A stretch of 64,000 nucleotides of DNA from Paraspadella gotoi (GCA_051294375.1 CM119270.1:19727741-19791740), one strand, 5' to 3'. Shown: positions 35,831-50,743, counted from the first letter of the stretch. Made by a program: numbers and translations. Notes: generated by a model not told the origin, from the letters alone.

Positions 35831-38512
35831 CGATCTGTTCTTCTTAATACTACTGCTCTCTGATCGTCTCTCGCTCACTCTCTCTGACTACGTGCATCGT
35901 GCTGTACATCTGTCTCTCTCTAAGCCAGTCTCTGTCTCTCTGCTCTCCTCTAATGTACATCCTCTCGCTCTCTCTGCGTTATTTGGGTTGTGTGAGTAGA
36001 TGCTTTTATTTAGTCGTTGAGGATTCCACCATTCGAGCTGAGGAAATACACAATGTCAATCAACCCAATCTGTGCAGCTCGCAGATCATCAGGAACCATC
36101 AGATACCCGTGTGCAGAGACGAGCGATCACCACAGCATCACTACTACATCATCCCATCTTCTTCGCATTTCCCATCAACCTTTCCTCAGCATCACTACAC
36201 AAACCCGTCTTCACGTCTTATCATCACTCACTAATCCATCACTCCTTCCTTCATATTGCAACTTTTCAATCCTTCACTCCATCATTTGCGTCACCCCATC
36301 ACTCCCATCAACTCCCATCACCCCATCACTGGGCGCCGCCTGAAAAGGAAGGCCACGCCCAAGGCGCGAAATTGCCTCGACGACCGCACGTGCGTCGGAG
36401 GAGGTTGAGGGCTGAGAGACGAAGGAGAGCGGGGCGTGAGGGGTAGAGGGGGTAAGGGACTGACGGGGTAAGGGGGTAAAGGGGTAAGGGGGTAAAGGGG
36501 TAAAGGGGTAAAGGACGCGATCGCCATTCTCTTCCGTCGATGGGTGAGAAACATTGACTGCATCGACTGCATCCGCGAGGGAGAGATTGTTCGCATCGTG
36601 AATGTGAATGTGAATGTGAATGTTCGCATTAGAGAATAAACTAAATCCGATGATACGAAAGAAAGTGGTAAGTTATAAAAGCCAGAGTCATGAACTTAAA
36701 AAATTTTATTAAACTTTAGGTATTTTTAAACAGAAAAAAAAATCATTTTTTTCCTTCTCGTAGCGAAGGTGAGAAATTTTTCTTATTTACGACGAAAAAT
36801 GCGGCGAAATTTGCGATTTCGTCGAATTTTTATCGTTTGTGTTTTTAATTCGTCGTCTTTTTTTCTTTTCGCGTTTATGACTCATTTCGTTCGTAAAGTA
36901 ATCGTCGTCGTTGTCGTCGTCGTCGTCGTTGTCGTCGTCGTNNNNNNNNNNNNNNNNNNNNNNNNNNNNNNNNNNNNNNNNNNNNNNNNNNNNNNNNNNN
37001 NNNNNNNNNNNNNNNNNNNNNNNNNNNNNNNNNNNNNNNNNNNNNNNNNNNNNNNNNNNNNNNNNNNNNNNNNNNNNNNNNNNNNNNNNNNNNNNNNNTC
37101 GTCGTCGTCGTTGTCATTTTCGTAAGCTTCGTCGTTGTCGTTGTCGTCGTCGTCGTCCGCAGCGGCCGACATCTTTTCCGGTCAAGCCGACACCAACTTT
37201 CGACCTTCAGTCTTCTCTTGAGATCAAGGCGACTTTCCTTCTCCTTTGCCCGACATCTTTAGGCTTTAGACCCCTAGCCGACGTCTCCTCAAACCGACGC
37301 TGAACAACTTTACTTTTTTTTTCGTCTTTCTAATAATTTTCATAACTGAAGTCGAAACGACGAGGCTTTTTAGAAAATGGGACCCGGCGCTCTCGACGCC
37401 GAAAGGCAGCGTCGGGCGGCGTCGGCGGGGAGAGACGACGCCGAGGGGGGGTAGGTTAAGACGAGGGGGTTTCTTAGCCGAAATTTGAAAAAAAAATAAT
37501 AATTTTTTTTTATTTATTTTTCCCTTTTTTTTTCAATTAAGTAGGAATTTGAGAAATTAAAGTTTTCGCTTTTCGGTCTAGAGATAATAAAAAGTTCCCT
37601 TTCGGCATCTTTCGGTATGGGAATGGGCTGTGCTAAAGCGAACCACGTTTCACTCGGGTTCTTTGAAAAGATCCATGAATGGCAGGGAGAGGGATTACAG
37701 TTAGTTATAACAGTTACAGTTACAGTTAAAGTTAAATTAACTGGAGATGTATGAAAAGATCAAGGAGTATTAAGAAGAGTTACGACAGTTAGATTTGGAA
37801 TCGAGGGAAGCAACTCGGAATTGCAATTTTTGACGCTGATGGTTGGTATTGTGAAAAAGACAAACGGCCTGAAAATTATGACGCCGAAAACGACAGAAAA
37901 TAATCGTTTTTTTAATTTTTACATTAAATGTTTTAAATTATTTTCCATTCCTCGCCCAAAAAAAAAGTCGCTTCGGTTCAAGAGTCTAACTTTTTTCCCT
38001 TCGTTTTAAAGGTGAGAAAAGTGGCATCGAAAATCAATCTCAACCATCCTCCCTTCAAGGACANNNNNNNNNNNNNNNNNNNNNNNNNNNNNNNNNNNNN
38101 NNNNNNNNNNNNNNNNNNNNNNNNNNNNNNNNNNNNNNNNNNNNNNNNNNNNNNNNNNNNNNNNNNNNNNNNNNNNNNNNNNNNNNNNNNNNNNNNNNNN
38201 NNCCTTTCCTTTCCTTTCCTTTCCTTTCCTTTCCTTTCCTATAAGACTTCCACATTTATCAACTATGAGTCTAACTTTTCATATTCACTTCCCACTCTTT
38301 CGGTTTCACTCCCATTTTTCCCTTTTACAGTCGAAAACAGTCGGCTTCTTCGGCGACGGCGGCGGCGGCTGCGGCGGCAGCAACTCAAGCTCTGGATTTG
38401 ACGTTAAAACTGGAACTTGAAAATACCTCAGGGTAAATAAAAATAGAAATAAAAAATAAATAAATAAATAAATAAATAAAAAAATAAAAAAATAAATAAA
38501 AAAATAAAAAAA

Positions 38513-38551
<39 letters not shown>

Positions 38552-40950
38552 ATGTTGGCCTTAACCCTTCATAGCCTGTTCAAAGTCAGTGGTAAGATAT
38601 CTAAAATATTATTATTATTAAGTGAATGGATAATATTTTAAAATGTATTTTTATGAAGGGTAAGATTGAGAGATGATCAAGGTTTTAGGTAAAAGCTATA
38701 GAGTTTATTAGTTTAGTTGTTATTGTGATTATTTGTCACAGTAATTGAGATGATTCATGGCAGATGCTGAAAAAATGAAAAAAAGGAAAAAGAAAGAAGC
38801 AAAGAAAAAGGAATAAAAGAAGGAAGGAAGGAAAAAAGAGAGGCAAAAAGGAAACAAAAGAAAAGAAGGATGGCAAAAAAGAAAGGAAGGAAATAAAAAG
38901 GAAAAGAAGGGAGATTGGATGCGATCAGCAATTTCCTTCTATGGGAATCAGATAGAGGACCCCCCCCCCAAAAAAAAGGGAAAATAAGGAGAAAGGATGA
39001 GAGGAATTGATTCGGACAGGAATCTCCTCTCTTTTTATCACCGAATTCCCCGCCTTTCATCACAACCCATCATTTTAACCTGTCACAAAAGGCGCGGGCC
39101 AAATGAAAAATGAGAAAAAATCGTCCCAAAAAAAAAATGAAAGAATAAAAAAAAATGATAAGTTTGATCGATTATAGGGAGAAAGTAGGTGAGAATTATT
39201 TAAAAAAGGAAAAGTAAGTTTGAAAGTAAAAAAAAAGGTTAAGTGAAATGAAAAAGTAAAATTGATTGGGATAGGAAAAGTAAGTTCAATATCGTATGTA
39301 ATACATTATTAATATCGTCATAATTTGATTGTTTGTACAGAAGTTAAAGGATAATGACGAATATTGCGAAAAATATTAGTTCGGTGAAATGGAGAGAAAG
39401 AAATTGCCTTATTTTCCTAGAACGCCCCATTTCATCTTAAATTCGGAATTATGTTAATTTTTCAAGTAAAAATTTAATTTTAGGTTGAGGTTAAGTATCA
39501 GGTTAGAGATGAGGTTAGTGATTAAGTTTAGGGATTTAGGTTAGAGGTTAGGATTAGAAATTAAGGATAATGATTTAAGATTTGGTTAAGGATTAGGGTG
39601 AGAGATTAGGTTACAAATTTAAATATATTAAGATCAAAATCAATTTCTGGGTCACTCTCGGAAAAAAGAAGCAAAAAAAAAAGTAAGTTCGATCGAAGAG
39701 GAAAAAAAATTAGATTCGATTGAGATAAAGTAAGTGAGTCTGATGAAGGCCGACGGAAAGGCGAAGCTCGATTTCGGGCGAATAAATCAAAATTGATTGG
39801 TAGAAATTATTCGTTGGTTGAAAGGCGACCAATCAAAGAGGCGGAGAGAGAGAAATAAGTAGGGAGGAAAAAGGGGGAGAGGGTTTTAGGGAAGAGGGGG
39901 GTTGGTAGGGTGGCGTGGGCGGGGGAAGGTGGGGGGAAACGAGCGCGAGATAAGGAGAAAAGGTTATAAGCGTAAGAAAGGAATGAGTTTGCTCTGAAAG
40001 GTATCTATCTATCTATGGTTGGGCTCTATCTATCTATCTATGGTTGAGCTCTATCTATGCTCTCGTCAGGGAAAAGAGGTAAGTTGGGTGAGGATATATA
40101 TTATTAGGTAAGTAGCTAAGACAAAAGGCAACATGGGCACATAAAAGGAGGGGAGGAGAGTGGGAGACCGAGAGACGTGAAGTTGTGAGCCGATCTTCAA
40201 GACCCTGATCCGTGACTAAGGGTTGAGGAGTGGATGACGAGGGGAGGAGGAGGAGGAGGAGGAGGAGAAGGAGGTGGAGGCGTTGAGAGGGGGAAGAGAA
40301 GGGGAGAGGAAGGTTCTGGCGATAGGGGGAGCCAGGGAGCTTCTATCCTGGTTTGTTTCATTCAATTAATTTTAGCAATATGAAGCAACATTTAATTAAT
40401 ATTCAATTAAATATTAGTCCGATTGGTTGGATTTCTGTTTCATTTATATGGTTTAATCTCGATTGAATTATAATTAAATCATAAGCCAAAGTATTAATTA
40501 ATATTTATTACTGAGACGCGATAGAAAGTGAAATCCAGCACAATGGATTCCGATTAATGATTTCAGTTTTTTGACGTCTATACATTACGTATATGAGTTT
40601 TATGGTTGATTCAGTACAGACAATAACATCGAACAAGACTTGATCAAGTTTCAAAACGTGATGATTAATTAAAAAGTAAAGAAAGAAATTAGTACTTTGA
40701 GAAAAGTTTTTTTCGACAAATACATCTTACTATATTTCTGCTTAATATTAAAACGAGGAAAAAAATATTAATAGGATAAATTGTGAATAAACCAATCACC
40801 AAAATCTATTTTAATTTTTTTATATTTTATTTTTGTCGTCACGAATAAAAAAAAGTTTAAAAAAAGGAAAACAGATTCTCAGATTTTTCTCTGAATTTAA
40901 TAAAACCTTTAATTGAAAACTAAATCCTTGAAAAGGGAGAGGTTTATTTC

Positions 40951-41028
<78 letters not shown>

Positions 41029-41624
41029 CTCGAAGGACTTTCATTTTCATGTGACGATTTTTTTTCTCTTTTTTTTTACATATAAACGGAAACTAGGAAA
41101 AGAAAAGAAAAATTAAGAAAGAAATAGGAAATGAAAAAAGGGAAAGGGGATCTTCGCGCCATCTAGCGGTCGTGAGGCGAACAATGACCGAGAAGGAAAA
41201 GCGACTCGTCAAAGAATAAAAAAGGAAGAAATTGTTACAGAAAAGAAAGGAAAAAAAAGGAAAGAAAGGAAAGAAAGGCCGAGGCGCGATCGTTCCGTTT
41301 TTCATTATGAGATGTGAACACGGTCGGACGAGAAAGAAGGAAGGACGATGTTTGAGCTTCGCAGTTTTCCGATGTTTCGTTCCAAATGTTCATCGTTCAA
41401 TGATTTTATATTATTATTATTATCATTATTATTATTATTATCATTATTATCAGACGCGGGTCTATTACCCCTCTCCTTCTCATTCACATTCTCTCTCTTC
41501 TCCTTCTAGTTTTTTCCCTTTTTTTACCCTCATGATTTTGTCGCCGTATAGATTTTCCTGGCATCAATATATTATTTTCCCCCATTCTCGTGACTTTACT
41601 TCCGGTTAGGATACCTTTTCAGAG

Positions 41625-41686
41625 TGGCGCCCAATGTGGGGCTCGAACCCACGACCCCAGGATTAAGAGTCCTGTGCTCTACCGAC
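41625..41686 (-). pseudogene. tRNA-Lys(CTT) retropseudogene, 5'-truncated, with a genomically encoded CCA
   Basis: Minus strand GTCGGTAGAGCACAGGACTCTTAATCCTGGGGTCGTGGGTTCGAGCCCCACATTGGGCGCCA. The anticodon arm (CTT) and T arm are intact; the first ~14 nt are absent. Confidence 0.85.
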
Positions 41687-41748
41687 GAAGAATCTTGCTT
41701 TCTGATTTTTGACATGATATGTCGGATAAACTGCGACATCCTTCTTAA

Positions 41749-42700
41749 GGCCAGGGATCACTCAATCTAAAATTATAGAAATCTTATTTACTGTATCTTA
41801 ATCATTTTCTCTTATCTTGTAAGAGGTTTTCTATTGAAAAATAATCGAAAACTTAATATAATATTATTAATAAAATGTTCATATTATTATTTTCTTCGGT
41901 AAAACTAGATTTTCAAGAGAAAAATAATTTTTTATATGTAAGTTAAATTTCTACAACTAAATTTTAAACTCAAACCTGATTCTTTACAGTAAGCTCAATT
42001 TCTACTTCTTATATTTAATTCCTCCTTTGGTAAAAAGTACATACTTGGAGTTGTATCACTAATAAGTCTAAAATAAACTACTACTCACATTTTCCAGACG
42101 GGTTTTTATACTTTTATTGAGTTTTAGGAGTTAAAAAACTTATCGAATTTATTTCAATTTGACTTTTTACTTTATGTAAATGTTTAATGAGTTTAATGAG
42201 TACAGAATTTTAACTTTCTTGACGAAGTGAAGTTAACGAAGAGTTGCAGCTCAAACCGTTGGACTCTCTTGAAGACAAAATATATTGGGGCAAGAAAAGA
42301 AGGTGGGGGAGATTCTATGAGCGCGTTTATTAAAAATGTTTTTCGTTTCAAAGATATCAAGGAATTATCCCCAAAATTGTTTAAAATAATCAAATTTTAT
42401 ATGAAGGAAGGAAAATTTTGAAAGTATCTTTTCATAGAATTGGAGTTCGTGACCTTAAAGGTAATTCATGCCAAATTTAATGAGAAACGCCTTACTGTTT
42501 GGCGGCTGTAACTCTTCAAATAAGGTTTATTTTATTTTATACTACAAAAAAATCGAAAAAACGATGACGCCTTTGAAAAAATAGTAAAAGTAAATACATT
42601 TTCGGAATCGTCAGGAGCTCTCCTTTTCGAAATCCGAAGCACCCCCCCCCCCCCCTCAGTTTTAGCCTAATTTATAATTTGAATTGAGTGATCCCGGACC
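41749..42700. mobile_element. TTAA-flanked MITE (Kolobok-like)
   Basis: TTAA|GGCCAGGGATCACTCAATCTAAAATTATA … TATAATTTGAATTGAGTGATCCCGGACC|TTAA. Confidence 0.8.
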
Positions 42701-43254
42701 TTAAAAGAAATTAATGTAACAAAACTCTGAAAGCTTTTAATAAAGTCTCTCGCGCAGTCAAATTTATCAAATACTTTTTAAATACTAATCACAACTAAAT
42801 ATGATAAAACAAGTACAGGGATGGAAATAAAAATTTAGAAAATGTCGTTTTTGTTTTTGTTTTTATTTATTCTTAATATGAGACATCGGGTGTATTTAAA
42901 TAAAAAAGTTCAATTGAAATTACTTAGCCAGACCATATGGTAACTATGTATTTGTCAAGTAATCTTGCAATTTTTATAATATTAAACTTGGCTTTAATAT
43001 TTTGAATTATAAATAATTGTAAATACCAAGATGAGAAAATAAATACGAGAATGGTAAACAGAAAAAAAATGGTTTTCTCTGTAGTTTGATAAATAATAAA
43101 AACGAATAAATTATTGTTTTATTTCTTTACTCTATATCTTTACGACTTTGTTTGTCATCCCTAACTCTTTCTAATTTGCTATTTATTCCTTTTCAACAAT
43201 AATCATAAAAATTATAATATTTACATAAATCTTTTTCATAATTCCTTTTTATTG

Positions 43255-43380
43255 CACGCCCGCCATCTTAAATCAAACCACTTAGCACAGCGTCACGTCT
43301 CCGCCTGGCGTTGACCCAACAACAACACCAACAACAACAACCAAGGCCTTTGTTGTCCGACCGTCGCTAAGCGACGCATA
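43255..43380. promoter_or_regulatory. promoter-like motif cluster (YY1 CGCCATCTT, CRE-like CGTCACGT, X-box-like GTCGCTAAGCGAC)
   Basis: The motifs cluster in a short CpG-rich island within AT-rich DNA. The target gene was not identified. Confidence 0.3.
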
Positions 43381-43542
43381 TTTATATTTTTTTAAATGCG
43401 TCGACTAATCAGGACGAAAAATAAATTTTCGCTCCTCACATTAAAATATCGCGGGTCTTGAAGTTTTTATGAGTTTGAAAGGCGAAGGTTTTTCCCGGTT
43501 TAATGCTCCTCGTACCGTGAGCTTTATGAAGGAAACGGGAAG

Positions 43543-43591
<49 letters not shown>

Positions 43592-43702
43592 TGGTGATAC
43601 GAATTATCATAACGAAGTCAATGCTGATGACAAAAGAGGGTCGTGATAATTTAAGCGAATATTAATTCTGCTGTATGATGCGGTGACGATGACGACGACG
43701 AC

Positions 43703-43753
<51 letters not shown>

Positions 43754-44229
43754 AAAAAATCCCACATGGATAACAACGACAATGACGTGACGTAACTCTT
43801 CGACGACTAACTAAACAGAGCAATCAATTTTTATAACTAAGGACAAATAACACTTCAATGAAAGAAAAAAAAATGACGAAAATCAGAAAATAATCGAGTA
43901 AAATTCGTCGGTGTCATAAAAAATGACAAAAATCTATAAGTTGACAAAGTGAAATTGACATCGAAACCAAAAAGACAAAACGTCGGAAGGATTAAGACGA
44001 CGACGACTACGACGACGACGACAACCGAAGCCTAAAAAGGGAAAAAAAAAGAGAAAAAAAGTCCCTTGGTCAGATTCGGAATTAAGTGACCCTAAAAGGG
44101 AGTTGACTCCATCTCACAAATACGGCAAATCAAGTAGAAAGGAGGAAGGGGGGGGGCAAGGGGGGTGGGAGTGAAAAAGAAAACAAAAGGGGAAACGAAA
44201 TGGGGCAGCCAAAGAAAATGAGGAGGGGA

Positions 44230-44715
44230 AGGCGAAAAAGAAAACGAAGGAACAGAACAGGGGATCAAAAGAGAATAGGGGAGAGAAAAAGAAAACAAAT
44301 GAACAGAACGGGAATCAAAATCGAATGGGGCAAAAAAGAAAACAAGGAAGTAGAACAGGGATCAAAAGAGAATAGGGGGGGGGGGAAAAAGAAAATGAAG
44401 GAACAGAACAGGGGATCAAAATCAAATGGGGCAAAAAAGAAAACAAGGAAGTAGAATAGGGATCGAAAGAGAATAGGGGGGCGAAAAAGAAAAGGTGGGA
44501 ACAGAACAGGGATCAAAAGAAAATAGGGGGGCGAAAAAAAAAAAGGAGGGAACAAGAACGGGGGATCAAAAGAGAATAGGGGGCAAAAAATAAAAGGAGG
44601 GAACAGAACAGGGGATAAAAAGACAATGGGGGGCGAAAAAGAAAACAATGGAACAGAACAAGGGATCAAAAGAGACTGGGTGCGAAAAAGAAAAGGAGGG
44701 AACAGAACAGGGAAT
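44230..44715. repeat. ~40-50-bp degenerate minisatellite (GAACAGAACAGGGATCAAAAGAGAATAGGGGGCGAAAAAG…)
   Basis: Read directly, about 10 copies. Confidence 0.85.
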
Positions 44716-45346
44716 CCAAAAGGAAATGCCTGGGAATGAGGGGAGGGGACGGGGAGTGGACGGGGAAGGGTCGGGGAAGAGGGCGGGGAAGGAATAGAAA
44801 ATCTAAGATTATTTAGGAAAAAATTGGATCAGTTTCCCATTTGTATCGTTTACTGAGATTAAAAATAGATAAGGCTTTGCTTTGATCCAGTTAAATAGCT
44901 TTAAACAAATTTTTATCCAACTTATTGTGATTTTTAAATTCGTAGAAGAGTTAGGAAAGAGTAAAGAATAAACTAATAAACCTCGAAGACGACGATAATG
45001 ACGACGATCACGACGTCGACGATAACTGATGATTGAATTTGAAAAATCATCCCAAAATTAGCGGCAAAATTTGAAAAGGAGCATCGGGTTTTTGAATTTG
45101 CAAACGAGCGAATGGCATCATGACCGTATCGTAGCAATGAGCAAATGGCATAATGACTACCTAAAGGAGATGAGCGACAGGCATCATTAAAAACTCATGG
45201 CGATACCAGAAAAATTTTGGAAAAGAAAATTTGCGAAAAATTTCGCTCAAATATGGAGAAAGTCGTGCATCAGCTTGAGAAGAAAGAAGTATAAAATTAC
45301 AATATTTGGTGAATATATTTTCCGAGAGAGAGAGAGGGAGGGAGGG

Positions 45347-45378
<32 letters not shown>

Positions 45379-45764
45379 TGAGAGATGAGAGAAGATCGAT
45401 AGAGAGAGGATGATGAGATGCGGGACAGAGAGGAAGACGAGAGGAAGGAGAAAGTGACTGAGATACTGGATGTAGATAGGGAGACGAAGAGAGAGAGAGT
45501 CTTGAATCTACTCAGCAACAGCTGACGATAGTAAAATTCGGTTCAATTGTATTTCTTTCGTTTTTCTTTTGTCGCTGAAGGAAATCACATGAGCCCATAG
45601 GTGGAAGAGGAGGATGAAGAGGAGGAGGAAGAGGAGGTGGAGGAGGAAGAAGGAAAAGAGGAGGGAGAGGAGAAAAGGTGGAGGAGGGAAGGAGGAGGAA
45701 GAAGAGGTGTAGGGTTGGTGGAGATTGAAAAGGAGGCTGAGAAGAAGAAAATAGAAAAAGAAGA

Positions 45765-45910
45765 GGGAGAACAATAAAAGAAAGAGGGAGAACAATAAAA
45801 GGAAAAGGGAGAACGATGAAAGAAAGAGGGAGAACAATAAAATTAAGAAGGAGAACAATAAAAGAAAGAGGGAGAACAATAAAAGGAAGAGGGAGAACAA
45901 TAAAAGGATG
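45765..45910. repeat. 21-bp tandem repeat (GGGAGAACAATAAAAGRAAGA), about 7 copies
   Basis: Read directly. Confidence 0.85.
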
Positions 45911-46320
45911 GAGAAACCAGAAATTCAGTCAATACAAAGGGAGAACTAGAATGATTTCCAGCGATCAAACAGTCTGAGTCTAATTATCGCTTTAACATCA
46001 TGTCAGCGCAAATTACTAATTTTATTTCTTTTTTTTTTTTAATTCTTTGAAGATCGTGTGATTTAAATTTTAAGGAATGAAACCTCTTTCCATGATACTT
46101 ATTTTTTTCGTTTCCTTTTATATTATTATGTCCCTACAAATATATAATTAAATATGCTCTGATGAAACGAATTAGAAAAGTATAAAGTCGATTCACTGCG
46201 TGAATAGTGAAAACAAAAAAAAAGAGAAGCGAAAGAAAAATTGTGATGCAGAAGAGAGAAACAGAGATCGATTACATGACGAGAGAAAAAATTCCCGGGC
46301 GTGAATTTTTGCGAGCTGGC

Positions 46321-46363
<43 letters not shown>

Positions 46364-46658
46364 GCAAGTCAACGACGTACAAAAATGGCGGGAAAATGAA
46401 AAGCGAGAAAAAAAATCGATTTTTTTTGTCGCATTGAATTTGTTTGCGTATTTCCTCGTTAGATGTCGCGTCGATCGAAGAAAAAACAAATGAACACGAA
46501 ACATAGATAAAAGAAAAACAAATCAAAGAAACAAAGAGAGAGAGAAAAAATACAGGAGACAAGAAACGAAGAAGGAATTTCGTTCTCAACGAGAGGTTTT
46601 TCGTTTTCGAGGAATGCGCGCGTGAAATGGCTCGCGCTTCCTTTTCCCCGGGCGCGCG

Positions 46659-46761
<103 letters not shown>

Positions 46762-47316
46762 ACGCGCTCGTCATCGCGGGTCGTCATCACAGCCCGCGCG
46801 CTTGCATCCACGCGCTGGATCACGTGATTGAGAGAGACAGAGAGACATAGAGAAAGAGAAAAATAGAGAAAGGGATGGAGAGGGAGAGAGGGGTTAAAGG
46901 GTAAAATATATCTACAGACAAAGAGACGGACCAACAGATAGCCAGAAAGAAATATCCTCATTCAAAGAGAGACTAAAATAAAAGGGAAAAAAGGCGATAA
47001 GACAGAGAAAAAACTACATGCACGCTCGTGTTCTTATATAGGATTTCTTTACAGGCGCGCGCACGTAGAGGTGCGGCGCCTCGTACACGCACCATGAATC
47101 GCGTTGCACCATAAAAGACGTCAAGACTGGAAAAGGCATACGACGACGACGACGACGACGACGATGAGGACGACGACGACGACGACGACGACGATGAGGA
47201 CGACGACGAGCGGAGGAAAGGATGAGGAAACGACGACTCGAGACGTAAACGGACGTCGACAATTGTGATCTAATCTCGGAAAGAAAGAAAGAGAGAAAAG
47301 AATTAAAAATCATGGA

Positions 47317-47400
<84 letters not shown>

Positions 47401-47797
47401 AATGTATAGATCGTAAATAAAAAAATAAAAGAAAGAAAGAGACCAAGAAATGAGAGAAAGAAAGATGGTAAGAAATGATGAAAAATAGAAAGAAAGAAAG
47501 ATAGAAAAAAAATAGATAAGCATTTTGTCCTTTGAAAAAAAAGTTCGACTTTCACAGACGTGACTTTCTTAAAATAGACGAACAATGGATAGTTCTCTCT
47601 CTCTCTCTCTGATCTGTATATAAAATTTTTCTTTTTAATTTACCATTTCCTCGTTTATTTATTTAATAAATTTTTAATTGTTATTTTATATTTTTTACAT
47701 AATTGTATGTACATAATATCCATGTACGGCTCTCTTACGATCCTGTGATTGTAAATGTGTTTTATTAACATTATGAGCAGAATAAATCAAATCAAAT

Positions 47798-47873
<76 letters not shown>

Positions 47874-48399
47874 ATTAATTCCTAACAATAACAATAACTA
47901 TTTCATAATTTTAATCCCTAAACCGGAACCCTAATGTTCAAAAATATGTATAGTGTTTTACTATACATCATCTAGCTGCTAATTATGACAAACTTTTTAT
48001 ACTGCATGGACTTTTTCGTCATCTTAACGGGTTCAGCTCAAGAAAAAGGTTATCCCAATATTCATTTATTTCAAATAATATTTATTTAAAATTATTTTCT
48101 TTAGTGAAGAAAAAAATAATGATTCCGATATTTTTTTTTAAACAAAGCAAGGTAAGTTGAAAAAAATAATTGATTCAATTTTAACGCAGATTCATGCATT
48201 TTTACATCTGAGCAATATCAATAGCATTATTACAATTCATCAGCGAATCATTTGTTTAAAGAACAAAAAACTAAAAAGCGCGCCTCTATCGGAGAAAAGA
48301 ATAAAGCCAAAAGAAAGCAAAAGATCACAAACCAATTCTGACGATTTTTCTTGTAATAAAACATAAATTCTCTCTCTCTTTCTCTTTCTCTTTCTCTCT

Positions 48400-49275
48400 C
48401 TATTGTTTCTGCCCGTAATCAAAGCTTTCAGCGCCTCCTCTTCCGCACCCGCCAGGTCCGAAAAGCGCCGAGTAGCAAGGGTTGTGGCAGTAGGCCTTTC
48501 CTGCGGGAATCAAAATTAGGCTACCTGAATAACTATTATTAAATAAACAATAAACCATATACGATTACAAAAGATAACAATAATATCGCAGGCAATGAAA
48601 AAATTTAACAAAATAAACGAAACCATTTTTTTTCTCTTTTAAAGTGATCTTAAATCTCATTTACATATAGCAGTAGTTCGTTTTAATCTCTACAAACATC
48701 GTTTAAGACTCAAAAGCTAATGGAGATGAACGCGGAAGATGATATTTTTAAATACCTAAGATACCTTCTAAAACAAATGTGTATAATTTTTCGGTATACA
48801 AACTTTGGGTTTATTAAGTAAAATAAGATTATGATTTTACCCTGAACCGAAGCGTTCTTTTCTTTATTTACTTTATAGATAAAGTTATTATCATCAATCT
48901 TCGGATGTAGAATGACAGTAATATTGTATAAGAACGAAAATCTCCATTGAAAAATGTTGATTTATTTACAAGGCGATCAATTCGCCTAAGAAAATACCCT
49001 TATTACACGTTATGTATGTTTAAAATATTGTCTTTGTCGGGCCTCTACTTCTAAGCGCGCACTCCGGGCCAATAACTTTTCTCCCACCGCGGGTTCATGT
49101 CATCATTCTCAGCGTGCCAGCCCAAGCTCTTACCTTCTCTCTCGGCGTGCCGACCCGGGTCCAGCACCTTCTTGCATTTTTCGCATTTGAGACAAGCGCG
49201 GTGCCAGTCTTTGCCGAGCGAAGTCTTTCGCTCAGCAAAATAAACCTCTTTGGTGCACGCGGGACACTTGGGCAT
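48400..49275 (-). CDS. CRIP1: cysteine-rich protein 1 (CRIP, single LIM domain), 80 aa
   Basis: Exons 49275-49134 and 48500-48400, joined by a phase-1 GT-AG intron: [48 protein letters not shown]|[33 protein letters not shown] 5'-UTR intron is likely (donor about 49494, acceptor about 49293). Confidence 0.93.
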
Positions 49276-49623
49276 CGCTGATTTGGCTTTCGCTGGCAAA
49301 GAGAAATGCAAAAAATAATTTAAAAAAATTCTAACTCGCAATTATCATGATCATTTTTTTATTAATATTATTATTATTACTCTTATTATTATTATCATTT
49401 TTTTAGATTTTTAAATATTCTTATTATTGTAATTGTGAACGGATTCAAGTATAAAATAATTAAATATTTAATTAAGTATATAAAATAAACTTACATTTGG
49501 ATTAGCTGAAAAAAATAAAAGCCAGCGGTTTTTGAGGAGCAGAAAAAAAAAAAGAATTTAGGAAGAGAATTGACATCAACCGACCGACCGTTTGTGAAAA
49601 GTGAGTAAGAGAGTTTGTGAAAG

Positions 49624-49666
<43 letters not shown>

Positions 49667-50090
49667 GTCATCATTATTTTCGAAAACAAGCGAACATCAA
49701 AGATTAATTTTTCTCAACAATTTCATGTTTTCAATTATAAGAAACTCAAACATTTAGATACCTAAAACATTGTAGGTCGTAAAAAGCATCATCTCCGAGC
49801 GTTGATCCCATTTTGCTTGATCTTGTGGTTGTTGTTGTTATTGAAAAAAAGGAATGATATGCCATAGAAATATAGCGTATTATTAGCGAGTACAACTCTC
49901 AGAAAAAAGACCCTTCTCCATCCTGAAACAGTCATAGTTTTTAGTTGGTTTAATTTAAAATCAAACAATTATATGACTATAATATTCAGAGAAGAGTTTT
50001 AAAAACCCGGATGATAAGGAGATATAGAAAATAAGCAAATCAAACAAAGGTGAATAAATAATAAGTGAGATATTTGATAGCGTAATGCTG

Positions 50091-50129
<39 letters not shown>

Positions 50130-50133
50130 GATT

Positions 50134-50170
<37 letters not shown>

Positions 50171-50228
50171 GAATCGTTGAGAAAGGGGTAAAAGGAGAGG
50201 GAGAGGAGAGGTCGGGGAAAAGGGGTTT

Positions 50229-50743
50229 AGAGAATCTAATGTACCAATTTCATAGAGTAATCTTAATGTTACCAATTTCATAGGAGAATCTAATTTCCAA
50301 TTTCATAGGAGAATCTAATTTACCAATTTCATAGGAGAATCTAATTGTACCAATTTCATAGGAGAATCTAATTGTACCAATTTCATAGGAGAATCTAATT
50401 CGCTTTCTTTTCGTTTCTTTTCTTTTCCTTTTCTTTTCTTTTTCGTTTACCAATTCTCATTCTTAGCTTTTCTTTTCTTTTTCTGATGAATCTAATTTCT
50501 TCTTTTCTTTTTTCTTTGTTCATCCAATTTTCCTAGTTTTGCAGTATATCTCACTTTCTCTGTCAAATCGCAATTTCATTAGGAGAATTCTAAATTTTCT
50601 TAATTTCTGTTTATACTCAACTTTTCTTTTCATCTAGGTTATTCTTTTACTGTATGAATCGGAATTCTTTTCAATGTACCAATATTCATAGCGAGAATCT
50701 AATGTACCAATTTCATAGGAGAATCTAATGTTCCAATTTCATA
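50229..50743. repeat. 26-27-bp minisatellite (GGAGAATCTAATTGTACCAATTTCATA), in two blocks
   Basis: Read directly at 50229-50400 and 50675-50743. Confidence 0.85.

Noticed and set aside
39740-39780. CTGATGAAGGCC…GGCGAAGC hammerhead-like motif
   Set aside because: GAAA is replaced by GAAG, and there is no convincing stem I or stem III.
41625-41686. Functional tRNA-Lys gene
   Set aside because: The 5' acceptor strand and most of the A box are missing.
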